Source: Ignavibacteriota bacterium (GTDB lineage Bacteria > Bacteroidota > Ignavibacteria > UBA10030). From it: 64,000 bases of DNA. The notes under the pieces are model-generated. The model was not told the DNA's origin and searched no databases. It worked only from the letters and a program-made list of their open reading frames with translations. Of the stretch, positions 1 to 7,794 are shown one piece after another. The DNA lies in the NCBI GenBank assembly GCA_963727825.1, contig CAVSHO010000009.1:704001-768000 (forward strand), in the 5' to 3' direction. The translations under genes and the position numbers were made by a program. Within the stretch, counting starts at the first letter, position 1; each line of letters begins with the position of its first letter.

Positions 1-74
1 AGCAGCATCGCAAGGAATATCCAGAGTGTCAGATAGCGGTCAAGAAATGAAAGTCGCTTTATTACATTTTGCAT
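1..74 (-). CDS. acr3: Acr3 arsenite efflux permease, N-terminus only (runs off window start)
   Basis: Not in ORF track. Minus strand from ATG at 74 reads MQNVIKRLSFLDRYLTLWIFLAML, the typical Acr3 N-terminal motif; starts 9 nt after the arsC stop. Confidence 0.88.
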   Translation of the reverse strand, partial: MQNVIKRLSFLDRYLTLWIFLAML

Positions 75-83
75 GTCAAGACC

Positions 84-527
84 TTAATTTAGTCTCGATG
101 ATTTTGGTTCTGTAAGCCATTTATCGATTTGAGCTTTTATCTGATTTCGGATATCAATTGTTTTATGGAGTTTTTCATCAAATGTTCCTTGCAAAGTCGA
201 AGGATCAGGAAAGCTCCAGTGAAGCTTCTTTGCAATACCCGGGAAAAGTGGGCATCGTTCGCCGCTTGCCTCATCGCAGACCGTGATAACGTAATTGAAA
301 CGCCGACCCTGCTTGTAGAGGTCAAACACATCTTGAGTCCCCTTTTGCGAAATATCAATCCCCATATCCTTCATAGCTTCGACCGCAAGAGGATTGAGTT
401 TACCTGGTTCAAGCCCTGCGCTTTCAGCAATGAACCGATCTCCTGCAAGATGGTTCAGAAGCGCTTCTGCCATTTGGCTTCTCGCACTATTATGGACGCA
501 AACGAATAAAACTTTTTCTTTCTCCAT
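84..527 (-). CDS. arsC: Arsenate reductase, LMW-PTPase/thioredoxin-linked type
   Basis: P-loop [12 protein letters not shown], resolving Cys pair [19 protein letters not shown] motif; ars context. Confidence 0.92.
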   Translation of the reverse strand: MEKEKVLFVCVHNSARSQMAEALLNHLAGDRFIAESAGLEPGKLNPLAVEAMKDMGIDISQKGTQDVFDLYKQGRRFNYVITVCDEASGERCPLFPGIAKKLHWSFPDPSTLQGTFDEKLHKTIDIRNQIKAQIDKWLTEPKSSRLN

Positions 528-646
528 GGTATCTCCTTTTTTTTCCTAATATTTAAAAGTCCGTTCTTGTCGGTTAGATTACTTTCCGCCATTTTAATAT
601 AATGTGAATAACCAATGGAGAGAAGTTACCTTATTGTTATCTTTTT

Positions 647-1426
647 TCAACTCTTCAGCTTCTTGTATAGTGTATTCAACCGATTCTGATAGAAGCCTTT
701 GATCGTGGCTTCTTCTTCACCTAACGGTTTGACAGGCACTAAATCCATGACTTCCGCCGGTGTCAATCCTGATTCGTACATTGTCTTTGCAGCACCATTC
801 AGCATTTTGGGAATAGCATCCTTCAGCGTATGAGAGGAGATACCGAATGATTTTGCCAATTCCTGCAATTCATACAATTGGAACCAGAAATATGTTGGTC
901 CCATAGCTGTGGTGATGGCAAATGATTCCAGTAATTCTTCAGGTACTTCTGGGCAATCCCCGAGTGGTTGGAATAATTCTAACACAGCGGCTTTTCCTGT
1001 GCTGCCTACAGTATTTGAAAATGTAATTGGATTATATCCAGCATTTACGATGGAGGGAGCATTCGGGTTGACGCGCGCAATATTGTTAAATCCGCTAAGT
1101 AGTTCAGAAAATTTCGTAATTGATATCTTCGGTGCGAGTGATACAACTATTGCAGATGGCTTTAGAACAGGTTTGATTTCTTGCAGTATCTCACTAATTA
1201 CTGGCGGGTGAAGTCCAACAATTACAACATCACAAGATGCAGGTATTTTAGCATTATTAATTACTAATTCAATATGTGGAACATCGTTTTTCAGTTTTTG
1301 CAAAACGTCTGCATTAATATCACTCACAACGATCTTGTGAGAAAGTGTTCCCGCGCGTTTCCATCCATTGAGAAGGATCTTTGCAACTCGACCGCCGCCT
1401 ATAAAACCGATTGATTGATTAGTCAT
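647..1426 (-). CDS. Pyrroline-5-carboxylate reductase-like NAD(P)-dependent oxidoreductase
   Basis: Rossmann IGFIGGGRV, ARVNPNAP (ProC RxMPN-like), AMGPTYF (ProC GSGPAY-like); divergent from housekeeping ProC. Confidence 0.75.
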   Translation of the reverse strand: MTNQSIGFIGGGRVAKILLNGWKRAGTLSHKIVVSDINADVLQKLKNDVPHIELVINNAKIPASCDVVIVGLHPPVISEILQEIKPVLKPSAIVVSLAPKISITKFSELLSGFNNIARVNPNAPSIVNAGYNPITFSNTVGSTGKAAVLELFQPLGDCPEVPEELLESFAITTAMGPTYFWFQLYELQELAKSFGISSHTLKDAIPKMLNGAAKTMYESGLTPAEVMDLVPVKPLGEEEATIKGFYQNRLNTLYKKLKS

Positions 1427-1444
1427 TGTACATTCCCTTTCATT

Positions 1445-2143
1445 TTATGTTGTATAAAGAGTATAAATACCACCAAGAATAACGAGAAAGCCAGCTACGC
1501 GTTTTATCCATAAAACGATATTAGATCTATTCGTCCAATCGAGATATGATTGCACCCGGGATTCGAGTCCACCTGCTGCGACAATAACACTGCAATGCCC
1601 AAGTCCAAAAGCGAATAGCAACGCTCCTGCCATTATCACATTGGTGCTAGATAGTTGAAACACAACTCCTAAAACTGGCGCCATAAATGCAAATGTGCAC
1701 GGACCAAGTGCTATTCCGAATATCAATCCGAGAACAAATGCAGACCAGAGCGCTGAACGAGTCTGTATGAGACGTAAATTCACTCCTGTATCAGGAAGGC
1801 GAATAATGTCCATCATGTACAATCCAACGATAAAGAAAACAACTGCAACTGCATATTTTCCATATGCACCAACATCTCCCATAATTCTTCCGAGAGCTGC
1901 AGTGATAATTCCGAGAACAGCAATTGTCAGTAAGATCCCAACAGCGAAAACGAAAGCAAGAAGTACACCCCGTGATGTCTTTTTCTCGTTCTTTGATGTG
2001 AGGAAACCAATGATAAGTGGAATACTTGATAGATGACACGGGCTTAGAAGAATGCTTAATGTTCCCCAGGAAAACGAAGCAAGTAACGCAAGTGCAAGGT
2101 TTCCGTATAGAGCTTCCGTGAGTGCAGTGAATAGAGACTCCAT
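1445..2143 (-). CDS. ccdA: CcdA/DsbD-beta family transmembrane electron transporter
   Basis: About six hydrophobic segments with LLSPCHL and LGPCTF redox cysteine motifs. Confidence 0.88.
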   Translation of the reverse strand: MESLFTALTEALYGNLALALLASFSWGTLSILLSPCHLSSIPLIIGFLTSKNEKKTSRGVLLAFVFAVGILLTIAVLGIITAALGRIMGDVGAYGKYAVAVVFFIVGLYMMDIIRLPDTGVNLRLIQTRSALWSAFVLGLIFGIALGPCTFAFMAPVLGVVFQLSSTNVIMAGALLFAFGLGHCSVIVAAGGLESRVQSYLDWTNRSNIVLWIKRVAGFLVILGGIYTLYTT

Positions 2144-2146
2144 CGG

Positions 2147-2584
2147 TTATCCTTTTCCGTTGGAATTAGGTTTCAAACCTTTCGATTGCAGGAAAGCATC
2201 AATCTCTTTTTCCGGAAAATATCCTTCATGACGCATAAGCTCTTTGTCGTTTGCATCAAGAAAGACTTGCGTGGGTATCAAGCGGATATTATAGTCTTTT
2301 GCAAAATGCACTTGTTCTTCTTTCCATACATCGTAAAATACTATCTTGATTTGACTGCCGTATTTTTCTTCAACGGCCTTCATCACTTTTTGCATAGCTT
2401 TGCAGGGAATACAATTTATCGATCCGAGTTCAACGAATATGATGAGCGGGTTGGCAATTGTTGCGCTGGTATCCTTCGTTACAGAAGTTGGTTTTGTTTT
2501 CTTAGTGGTTTTCATTGATTGTGCAAATGCCGCTGAACCAAAAGCGATGCTTAGAATCAGAAATAATACTATTTGTCTTTTCAT
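2147..2584 (-). CDS. Exported thioredoxin-family protein
   Basis: Start moved to MKRQIV (ATGA overlap with upstream stop); signal peptide ending AFA, CIPC active site, cis-Pro IPT motif. Confidence 0.85.
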   Translation of the reverse strand: MKRQIVLFLILSIAFGSAAFAQSMKTTKKTKPTSVTKDTSATIANPLIIFVELGSINCIPCKAMQKVMKAVEEKYGSQIKIVFYDVWKEEQVHFAKDYNIRLIPTQVFLDANDKELMRHEGYFPEKEIDAFLQSKGLKPNSNGKG

Positions 2585-2823
2585 GTGTGTGCTCCACTCA
2601 ACCAAGAAAGGAGTTGTTCGTCTTTAGGAATTGAACCTGAACTCTTCACAGCGCCATCGATGACTAAACCAGGAGTAGAGAGAATGCCGAATTTCATAAT
2701 TTCCTGCAGATCTGTCACTTTTTCGATTTCCAAATTAAGTCGATGCTTATCATTCAACGACCGGACTTTTTGTTCAAGTGTTTTGCATTTCGCACAACCT
2801 GAACCGAGTATTTGAACTTTCAT
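2581..2823 (-). CDS. Small redox-active disulfide protein (MTH895/thioredoxin-like)
   Basis: 80 aa, GSGCAKC, STPGLVIDG. Confidence 0.88.
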   Translation of the reverse strand: MKVQILGSGCAKCKTLEQKVRSLNDKHRLNLEIEKVTDLQEIMKFGILSTPGLVIDGAVKSSGSIPKDEQLLSWLSGAHT

Positions 2824-2844
2824 TTGTAGATTCCTACCGTTTAA

Positions 2845-3870
2845 TTAATATACAAGGTTAAATACATACCCTACGATGATAATACCTATTGCAACTACGC
2901 CAACAAAAATGAATATCAATGGTAATTTCAAAACTTTCCGTAATATAATTGTTTCAGGCAGTGAGAGACCAATGACCGACATCATAAAGGCAAGCGTTGT
3001 GCCAAGCGATGCACCTTTTTCAAGCAATGCATGTACGACAGGAATGATACCGGCAGCATTCGAGTAGAGTGGAACACCAATGAGGACAGCGATGGGAACT
3101 GACCACCATGCGGACTTGCCCATAAGACTTGCCATGAAATTCTCCGGCACATATCCATGAATACCTGCTCCGACACCAATACCAACAAGAAGATATGGCC
3201 ATACCTTTCCAACAATATCTTTTACTGCGTCATATCCCGAGTGCATATGGTCACGGAATGTTTGCACGGTTTCTTCCGGTGAAGCAGCATTGGAATGGAT
3301 TTGATAGACCCAATCTTCAACGAAATGTTCAACTTTCAATCTGCCAATGACGTAACCGGAAGTGATGGCGATGAGCAATCCAGTGCTCACATAGAGCAAA
3401 GCTGTCTGCCAACCGAATAAACCGAATAACAAAACGACGGCCACTTCATTGATCATTGGCGCTGCAATGAGGAAAGAGAATGTGACACCAATAGGGATTC
3501 CCGACTCCACGAAACCAATGAAGAGTGGGATTGCTGAACATGAGCAAAACGGAGTGACAATACCGAGCATGCTTGCAAGAACATTGCCTGTAAAGAGAGA
3601 TTTTCCGCCTAACATTTTACGAGTGCGTTCCGGGGAAAAGTAAGTCCGCACAATTCCGACTGCAAATACCACCAGTGTAAGAAGCAGTAACACTTTCGGC
3701 GCTTCAAAGACAAAGAAGCGAACTGCTTCCGTCAATCGTTCGCCTTGGACTAATCCTGTCACAGAAATAAATGCGTCTGCAAGAGGCTGCAAGGCCGTAT
3801 ACAGAGCAATCCAGAATATCAAAAGAATCGTTGCTGTACTAAACGGATATTGTCCGATCAACTTCTTCAT
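2845..3870 (-). CDS. arsP: ArsP/DUF318-family permease
   Basis: TPFCSCSAIP and GVPLYSN motifs, multiple TM helices; likely start MKKLIG at 3870 overlapping the upstream stop. Confidence 0.85.
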   Translation of the reverse strand: MKKLIGQYPFSTATILLIFWIALYTALQPLADAFISVTGLVQGERLTEAVRFFVFEAPKVLLLLTLVVFAVGIVRTYFSPERTRKMLGGKSLFTGNVLASMLGIVTPFCSCSAIPLFIGFVESGIPIGVTFSFLIAAPMINEVAVVLLFGLFGWQTALLYVSTGLLIAITSGYVIGRLKVEHFVEDWVYQIHSNAASPEETVQTFRDHMHSGYDAVKDIVGKVWPYLLVGIGVGAGIHGYVPENFMASLMGKSAWWSVPIAVLIGVPLYSNAAGIIPVVHALLEKGASLGTTLAFMMSVIGLSLPETIILRKVLKLPLIFIFVGVVAIGIIIVGYVFNLVY

Positions 3871-4115
3871 TATGCGCTCCGGTGCTCTATGAGAATCTCT
3901 TTGAGTTTTTCGACGGTCGGCACAAAACCTGCTATGGCAATCTTTTCGTCTATCACGAGGCCGGGTGTACACATAATTCCATAGGAAGCTATCTTTTGGT
4001 AATCCTCAACCTTCTCGACAGCCGCATCCATTTTTAATTCCTGCAAGGCTTCGATGGTTCGTTTCTCAAGCATCTTGCAGTTCATACATCCGGACCCTAA
4101 CACTTTAATAATCAT
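3870..4115 (-). CDS. Small redox-active disulfide protein (MTH895/thioredoxin-like), paralogue of 2581..2823
   Basis: 81 aa, GSGCMNC, TPGLVID. Confidence 0.88.
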   Translation of the reverse strand: MIIKVLGSGCMNCKMLEKRTIEALQELKMDAAVEKVEDYQKIASYGIMCTPGLVIDEKIAIAGFVPTVEKLKEILIEHRSA

Positions 4116-4133
4116 ATCCTTTCCTTTCGCAGG

Positions 4134-4481
4134 TTAGATTTTGCAGATCTTTTTACGATTCACTCGATGAAGCTTTACTGCATCTTCCTGAATTGACTCA
4201 TCATCGTCGAACGATTTTTTGATAAGTCCAATTAATGAGCGAATGAATCCGCGTTCCGATTTATCATTCAGTCGAAAATTCACCCATTTGCCGTCTTTGG
4301 TGTCTAACAACAAACCAGCATTTCTAAGGATTGTCAAATGTTTTGACACAGTCGAATTGGAAAGATCGAGCACCTCTCGAATCTCGCACATACATAATTC
4401 TCGTTCAGCAAGCATCTTAACGATACGGATGCGATTGGGGTCGCTCAGAGCTTTAAAGATATTGACATAGTCACGTTTCAT
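4134..4481 (-). CDS. arsR: ArsR/SmtB-family repressor
   Basis: FKALSDPNRIRI, ELCMCE metal-binding helix, STVSKHL, DGKWV. Confidence 0.92.
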   Translation of the reverse strand: MKRDYVNIFKALSDPNRIRIVKMLAERELCMCEIREVLDLSNSTVSKHLTILRNAGLLLDTKDGKWVNFRLNDKSERGFIRSLIGLIKKSFDDDESIQEDAVKLHRVNRKKICKI

Positions 4482-4493
4482 GGTTACTCCTTC

Positions 4494-4539
4494 ATTTCGT
4501 CAACTATCGAAATATAACAATCATCTTATCCACATGCAA
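4494..4539 (-). promoter_or_regulatory. Promoter and putative ArsR operator of the left ars unit
   Basis: Inverted repeat ATTTCG-N8-CGAAAT (4494-4513) overlapping the -10 of a minus-strand TTGCAT-N17-TATATT promoter. Confidence 0.65.
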
Positions 4540-4660
4540 GCACGAACTTAAACATATTTCTGAGAGAAACGCAGGTGATGGTAATGAACGAGAATAATAC
4601 AATAATCGTTTGCATTATTACGAAGTGAGTATATTTTAGCAACTACAACCATAGAGAGGT

Positions 4661-4805
4661 ATGAAAATAAACGATAGCGGAATGCCGGAAGAAACTTACT
4701 GGAATAGTCTGTTTAATATTCCGCTTATAATAAAATGGCTGGACTTAAAAAACGTTTTCGGTACTATTGTAGAAGTTGGCTGTGGATATGGCACTTTCAC
4801 TTCAC
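4661..4805 (+). pseudogene. Truncated class I SAM-dependent methyltransferase
   Basis: Good RBS (agagagg) and N-terminus ending in motif I IVEVGCGYGTFT; the rest of the Rossmann fold is not recognisable and the ORF runs into the arsC 3' end. Confidence 0.6.
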
Positions 4806-4901
4806 CGATATTATTTTGTGATATCCGGTCATCAAAAACATTTACTATGGCGTTCGCTTCATCCAATGATCGAGCAAAACCGCAATATGATAATGCAATA
4901 T

Positions 4902-5345
4902 TCATTTTGAATTTCCTTTTTCTGATTGAATAGATTGTTGATAGAATGTCAAGAAATCCTTTTTTATTTCATCTCGTACTCTTCGGAATACTGATAGAAT
5001 CTCGTCTTCTGAACCGGAGGCATTTGCTGGATCATCAAATCCAATATGCAATCGATGGGCAACTTTTCCTGTAAAGAACGGACACGTTTCTTTCGCATGG
5101 TCACACACTGTAATGACGTAATCAAAAGATTCGACAAGGAATTGATCAACAAGCTTTGTGGTTTGAGATGAGATATCGATACCAATCTCCTTCATTACTT
5201 GAATGGCTATGGGATGAACTGAATTAGCAGGCTTTATCCCTGCCGAATAAACTTCTAGCGAGGGATCAAACGATTTCAGAAATCCTTCCGCCATTTGACT
5301 TCGACTCGAATTACCTGTGCAGAGAATGAGAATTCGTTTTTTCAT
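4902..5345 (-). CDS. arsC: Arsenate reductase, LMW-PTPase type (second copy)
   Basis: CTGNSSRSQMAE, TVCDHAKETCP, GFDDP, FRRVRDEI. Confidence 0.92.
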   Translation of the reverse strand: MKKRILILCTGNSSRSQMAEGFLKSFDPSLEVYSAGIKPANSVHPIAIQVMKEIGIDISSQTTKLVDQFLVESFDYVITVCDHAKETCPFFTGKVAHRLHIGFDDPANASGSEDEILSVFRRVRDEIKKDFLTFYQQSIQSEKGNSK

Positions 5346-5349
5346 AATA

Positions 5350-6216
5350 TTACTTTTCCTTTGCTCTCCATGTTACTGTGTATTCAGTGCCTTCAGGTAG
5401 TTGAAGTTTCGGATCATCAAGAACCCAGCTACCTTTCAACCCAAGTTCACGAGAAGTAAGTTCAAAATGGCACATCGCAATACCCATATCAACGCGTTGT
5501 AAATCAGCAAGTCTCAGAATGTTAAATATCATTGTTCCTTTGCCGTACCCTTTTGTTCGTTGAAGATAAAAATGCCATGCATCATTGATTCGAACGATAT
5601 GCCAGGGTTGCTTATTGGAAGCCGAGGGAGCCCATCGGACCATTTCGATAGGTTCAGCATATTTACCGACAGTATCCCTTGACAGTGAATTATTGAATGA
5701 TTCTTCAAAGAATAGTTGTCCTGCTGGCAAACGGCGCGCACCACTCATGTATTTCCTAATCTGTCCGTTTCTTCCCTTCTTCTCTTCATCATATCCGATA
5801 GAAACAACAGCAGGAATTGTTTCCTTTTCACGCAGAGATATTTTCTTTGCAAAACTACTTTTCGTAAAGGAACCGCCAAGCCAGCATGTTCCTAAACCAA
5901 TCTCCGTTGCTTTGAGAATAATGTTTTCAAGAAGATACCCATAATCTTCGAGGTTCTTCGGCCCTTGCTCAAGTGCACCAATAATAAATCCGGCGGGGTT
6001 GTTGATAAAGCCGTAAGTGCCAAGTCCTTTCAAAGATTGTCTGTCATCCTGATTGGCTGCAACAAGTTCAAACCGTGTATTTGTACCGAATGGACCGATC
6101 TGCTGCGTGTCTAAGAACTCCCTCAATACTTGTTGATGAATTTCCTGTACCGATTCATCGTTGTAAGATCGGCAAGAATATCTTTGTCTGATGATTTCTT
6201 GAATAGTCTGATTCAT
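5350..6216 (-). CDS. Nitroreductase-family flavoprotein (tandem-domain type)
   Basis: RYSCRSY, GLGTCWLGG, WAPSASNKQPW, DMGIAMCHFEL. Confidence 0.88.
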   Translation of the reverse strand: MNQTIQEIIRQRYSCRSYNDESVQEIHQQVLREFLDTQQIGPFGTNTRFELVAANQDDRQSLKGLGTYGFINNPAGFIIGALEQGPKNLEDYGYLLENIILKATEIGLGTCWLGGSFTKSSFAKKISLREKETIPAVVSIGYDEEKKGRNGQIRKYMSGARRLPAGQLFFEESFNNSLSRDTVGKYAEPIEMVRWAPSASNKQPWHIVRINDAWHFYLQRTKGYGKGTMIFNILRLADLQRVDMGIAMCHFELTSRELGLKGSWVLDDPKLQLPEGTEYTVTWRAKEK

Positions 6217-6265
6217 TCTGTTTTAATCTTTACATTCCGCAGTTGATCTTTTTTGAAAAAGCCTT

Positions 6266-7075
6266 TTATGGCTTTTCTGCATACACGGTGACACTGAATA
6301 TACCAACATGACTTTTCTTGTAATCCCTCAATTGATCAATTGTAAGAAATTTAGCAAGAATTTCATTTGAAATTTCAATCTTGCGGTCTTTTTGAACGAC
6401 AATATTTGTAAAACCGGCTTTTTTGATTAGGTGCAAATATTCTTCTTTTTGAACTGCACCGGAGATACATCCAGCATATAAAGTTGCCTCTTTGCGCAAA
6501 TCATCCGGAAGTTCACCCTGTAGAACGATATCAGAAATACTGAAATGTCCACCACTTTTAATGATGCGAAATGTTTCGGCAAATGCTTTCTGCTTGTCTG
6601 GCACAAGGTTCATAACACAGTTGCTCACAACGACATCTGCCGTGTTGTCTTCGACTGGCATATTATCGATATCGCCGAGACGAAATTTTACATTCTTGAA
6701 TCCGAGTTTTGCCGCATTTGCTTTTGCCTTGTCAATCATTGCCTCCGTCATATCGATCCCGATGACCCTACCGGTCTCACCAACAATAGAGCGTGCAATA
6801 AAGCAATCATTTCCTGCGCCCGAACCAAGATCGACGACGGTGTCACCCGTTTTGATCTGAGCAAATTCTGTCGGCAACCCGCACCCCAATGCAAGGTCGG
6901 CATCAGCTACATATCCGGGAAGTTTTGTATAGTCTTCCGACATAACTGAAAACTCAACATTCGAACACCCGCATCCGCTTCCGCAGCAGGAAGATTGGTT
7001 CTGTTGTTTTGATTGTTTAGCGATGGCTTCGTATTTCTCTTTTACCATCTCTTTGATTTCTTGTTCAGTATTCAT
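6266..7075 (-). CDS. arsM: Arsenite S-adenosylmethionine methyltransferase
   Basis: N-terminal SCCGSGCGC, LGCGLP, DLGSGAGND, SNCVMNL, YAGCISGA. Confidence 0.95.
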   Translation of the reverse strand: MNTEQEIKEMVKEKYEAIAKQSKQQNQSSCCGSGCGCSNVEFSVMSEDYTKLPGYVADADLALGCGLPTEFAQIKTGDTVVDLGSGAGNDCFIARSIVGETGRVIGIDMTEAMIDKAKANAAKLGFKNVKFRLGDIDNMPVEDNTADVVVSNCVMNLVPDKQKAFAETFRIIKSGGHFSISDIVLQGELPDDLRKEATLYAGCISGAVQKEEYLHLIKKAGFTNIVVQKDRKIEISNEILAKFLTIDQLRDYKKSHVGIFSVTVYAEKP

Positions 7076-7096
7076 AATAGTTCTCCTATAAATATT

Positions 7097-7114
7097 TATC
7101 GTAATAATACGATA
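7097..7114. promoter_or_regulatory. Putative ArsR operator upstream of arsM
   Basis: Perfect 7-4-7 palindrome TATCGTA-ATAA-TACGATA, identical to the copy at 7462-7479. Confidence 0.8.
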
Positions 7115-7132
7115 GACAAGTGCAAAAAATTT

Positions 7133-7453
7133 TCAACAACACGATTTTATATCAGTCATAAATTGTGCAAGAAGTTGTTTTGCTTCCTGCCATGATTTTT
7201 TATTGATGCAATAGCATACTTTTGGACCATCAATCGTGCCTTTAATAAGGCCGACTTGTTTCAATTCAGCAAGATGTTGGGAAATAGTCGCTTGTGACAA
7301 TGGAAGCTCGTCCACAATATCCCCGCATATACAGACATCTTTCGCTGCAAGAAATTGTAGGATCGCAATGCGTGCTGGATGACTTAACGCCTTTGCCAAA
7401 TCAGCCAGCCGATTCTGATTACTGCTAAAATTTTCTTTCTTCGATGTACCCAT
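7133..7453 (-). CDS. arsR: ArsR/SmtB-family repressor
   Basis: Likely start MGTSKKE at 7453; KALSHPARI, VCICGD, QATISQHL, C-terminal CC. Confidence 0.92.
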   Translation of the reverse strand: MGTSKKENFSSNQNRLADLAKALSHPARIAILQFLAAKDVCICGDIVDELPLSQATISQHLAELKQVGLIKGTIDGPKVCYCINKKSWQEAKQLLAQFMTDIKSCC

Positions 7454-7461
7454 AATTCTTA

Positions 7462-7497
7462 TATCGTAATAATACGATAGAAGTTTCAAAAAAGCAA
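7462..7497 (-). promoter_or_regulatory. arsR promoter with overlapping operator
   Basis: TATCGTAATAATACGATA at 7462-7479 overlapping the -10 of a minus-strand TTGCTT-N17-TATTAT promoter. Confidence 0.75.
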
Positions 7498-7571
7498 TAG
7501 TCCTAAGAAAAAATATTTAGAGATAAATAAACATCCTCGCCGCAAGCGTCGGGGTATTGAACCCGAAAGAG

Positions 7572-7623
7572 AAAAAAAACTCCGGCCTCCCTGAGATAAT
7601 AATCCAGAACCGGAAGGCCGGAG
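7572..7623 (-). terminator. Rho-independent terminator downstream of ftsZ
   Basis: CTCCGGCCT...AGGCCGGAG stem followed by T8 on the minus strand. Confidence 0.6.
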
Positions 7624-7758
7624 ATATGTGATCCATCCATCATTCCCACCGTGCGAGAGAGAATAGATGAAAACCCATTTTTTAATATAAATAAAATCGA
7701 TGTCAGGACTTCCGTCTTGACATTGCAGCATTGAGATTTAAGAAATTAGAAAATTATT

Positions 7759-7782
7759 GCGTCAGGAGATAACTCCTGACGC
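7759..7782 (-). terminator. Hairpin just after the ftsZ stop
   Basis: GCGTCAGGAG-ATAA-CTCCTGACGC perfect 10-bp stem. Confidence 0.6.
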
Positions 7783-7794
7783 CACCGCAAATTA

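Noticed and set aside
2147-7075. Possible selenocysteine (TGA) readthrough in the thioredoxins, ArsM or ArsC
   Set aside because: All CxxC and catalytic positions are ordinary Cys and the TGA stops fall at expected protein ends.
7486-7731. 81-aa minus-strand ORF after ftsZ
   Set aside because: Runs through terminator hairpins and the arsR promoter; no protein features.
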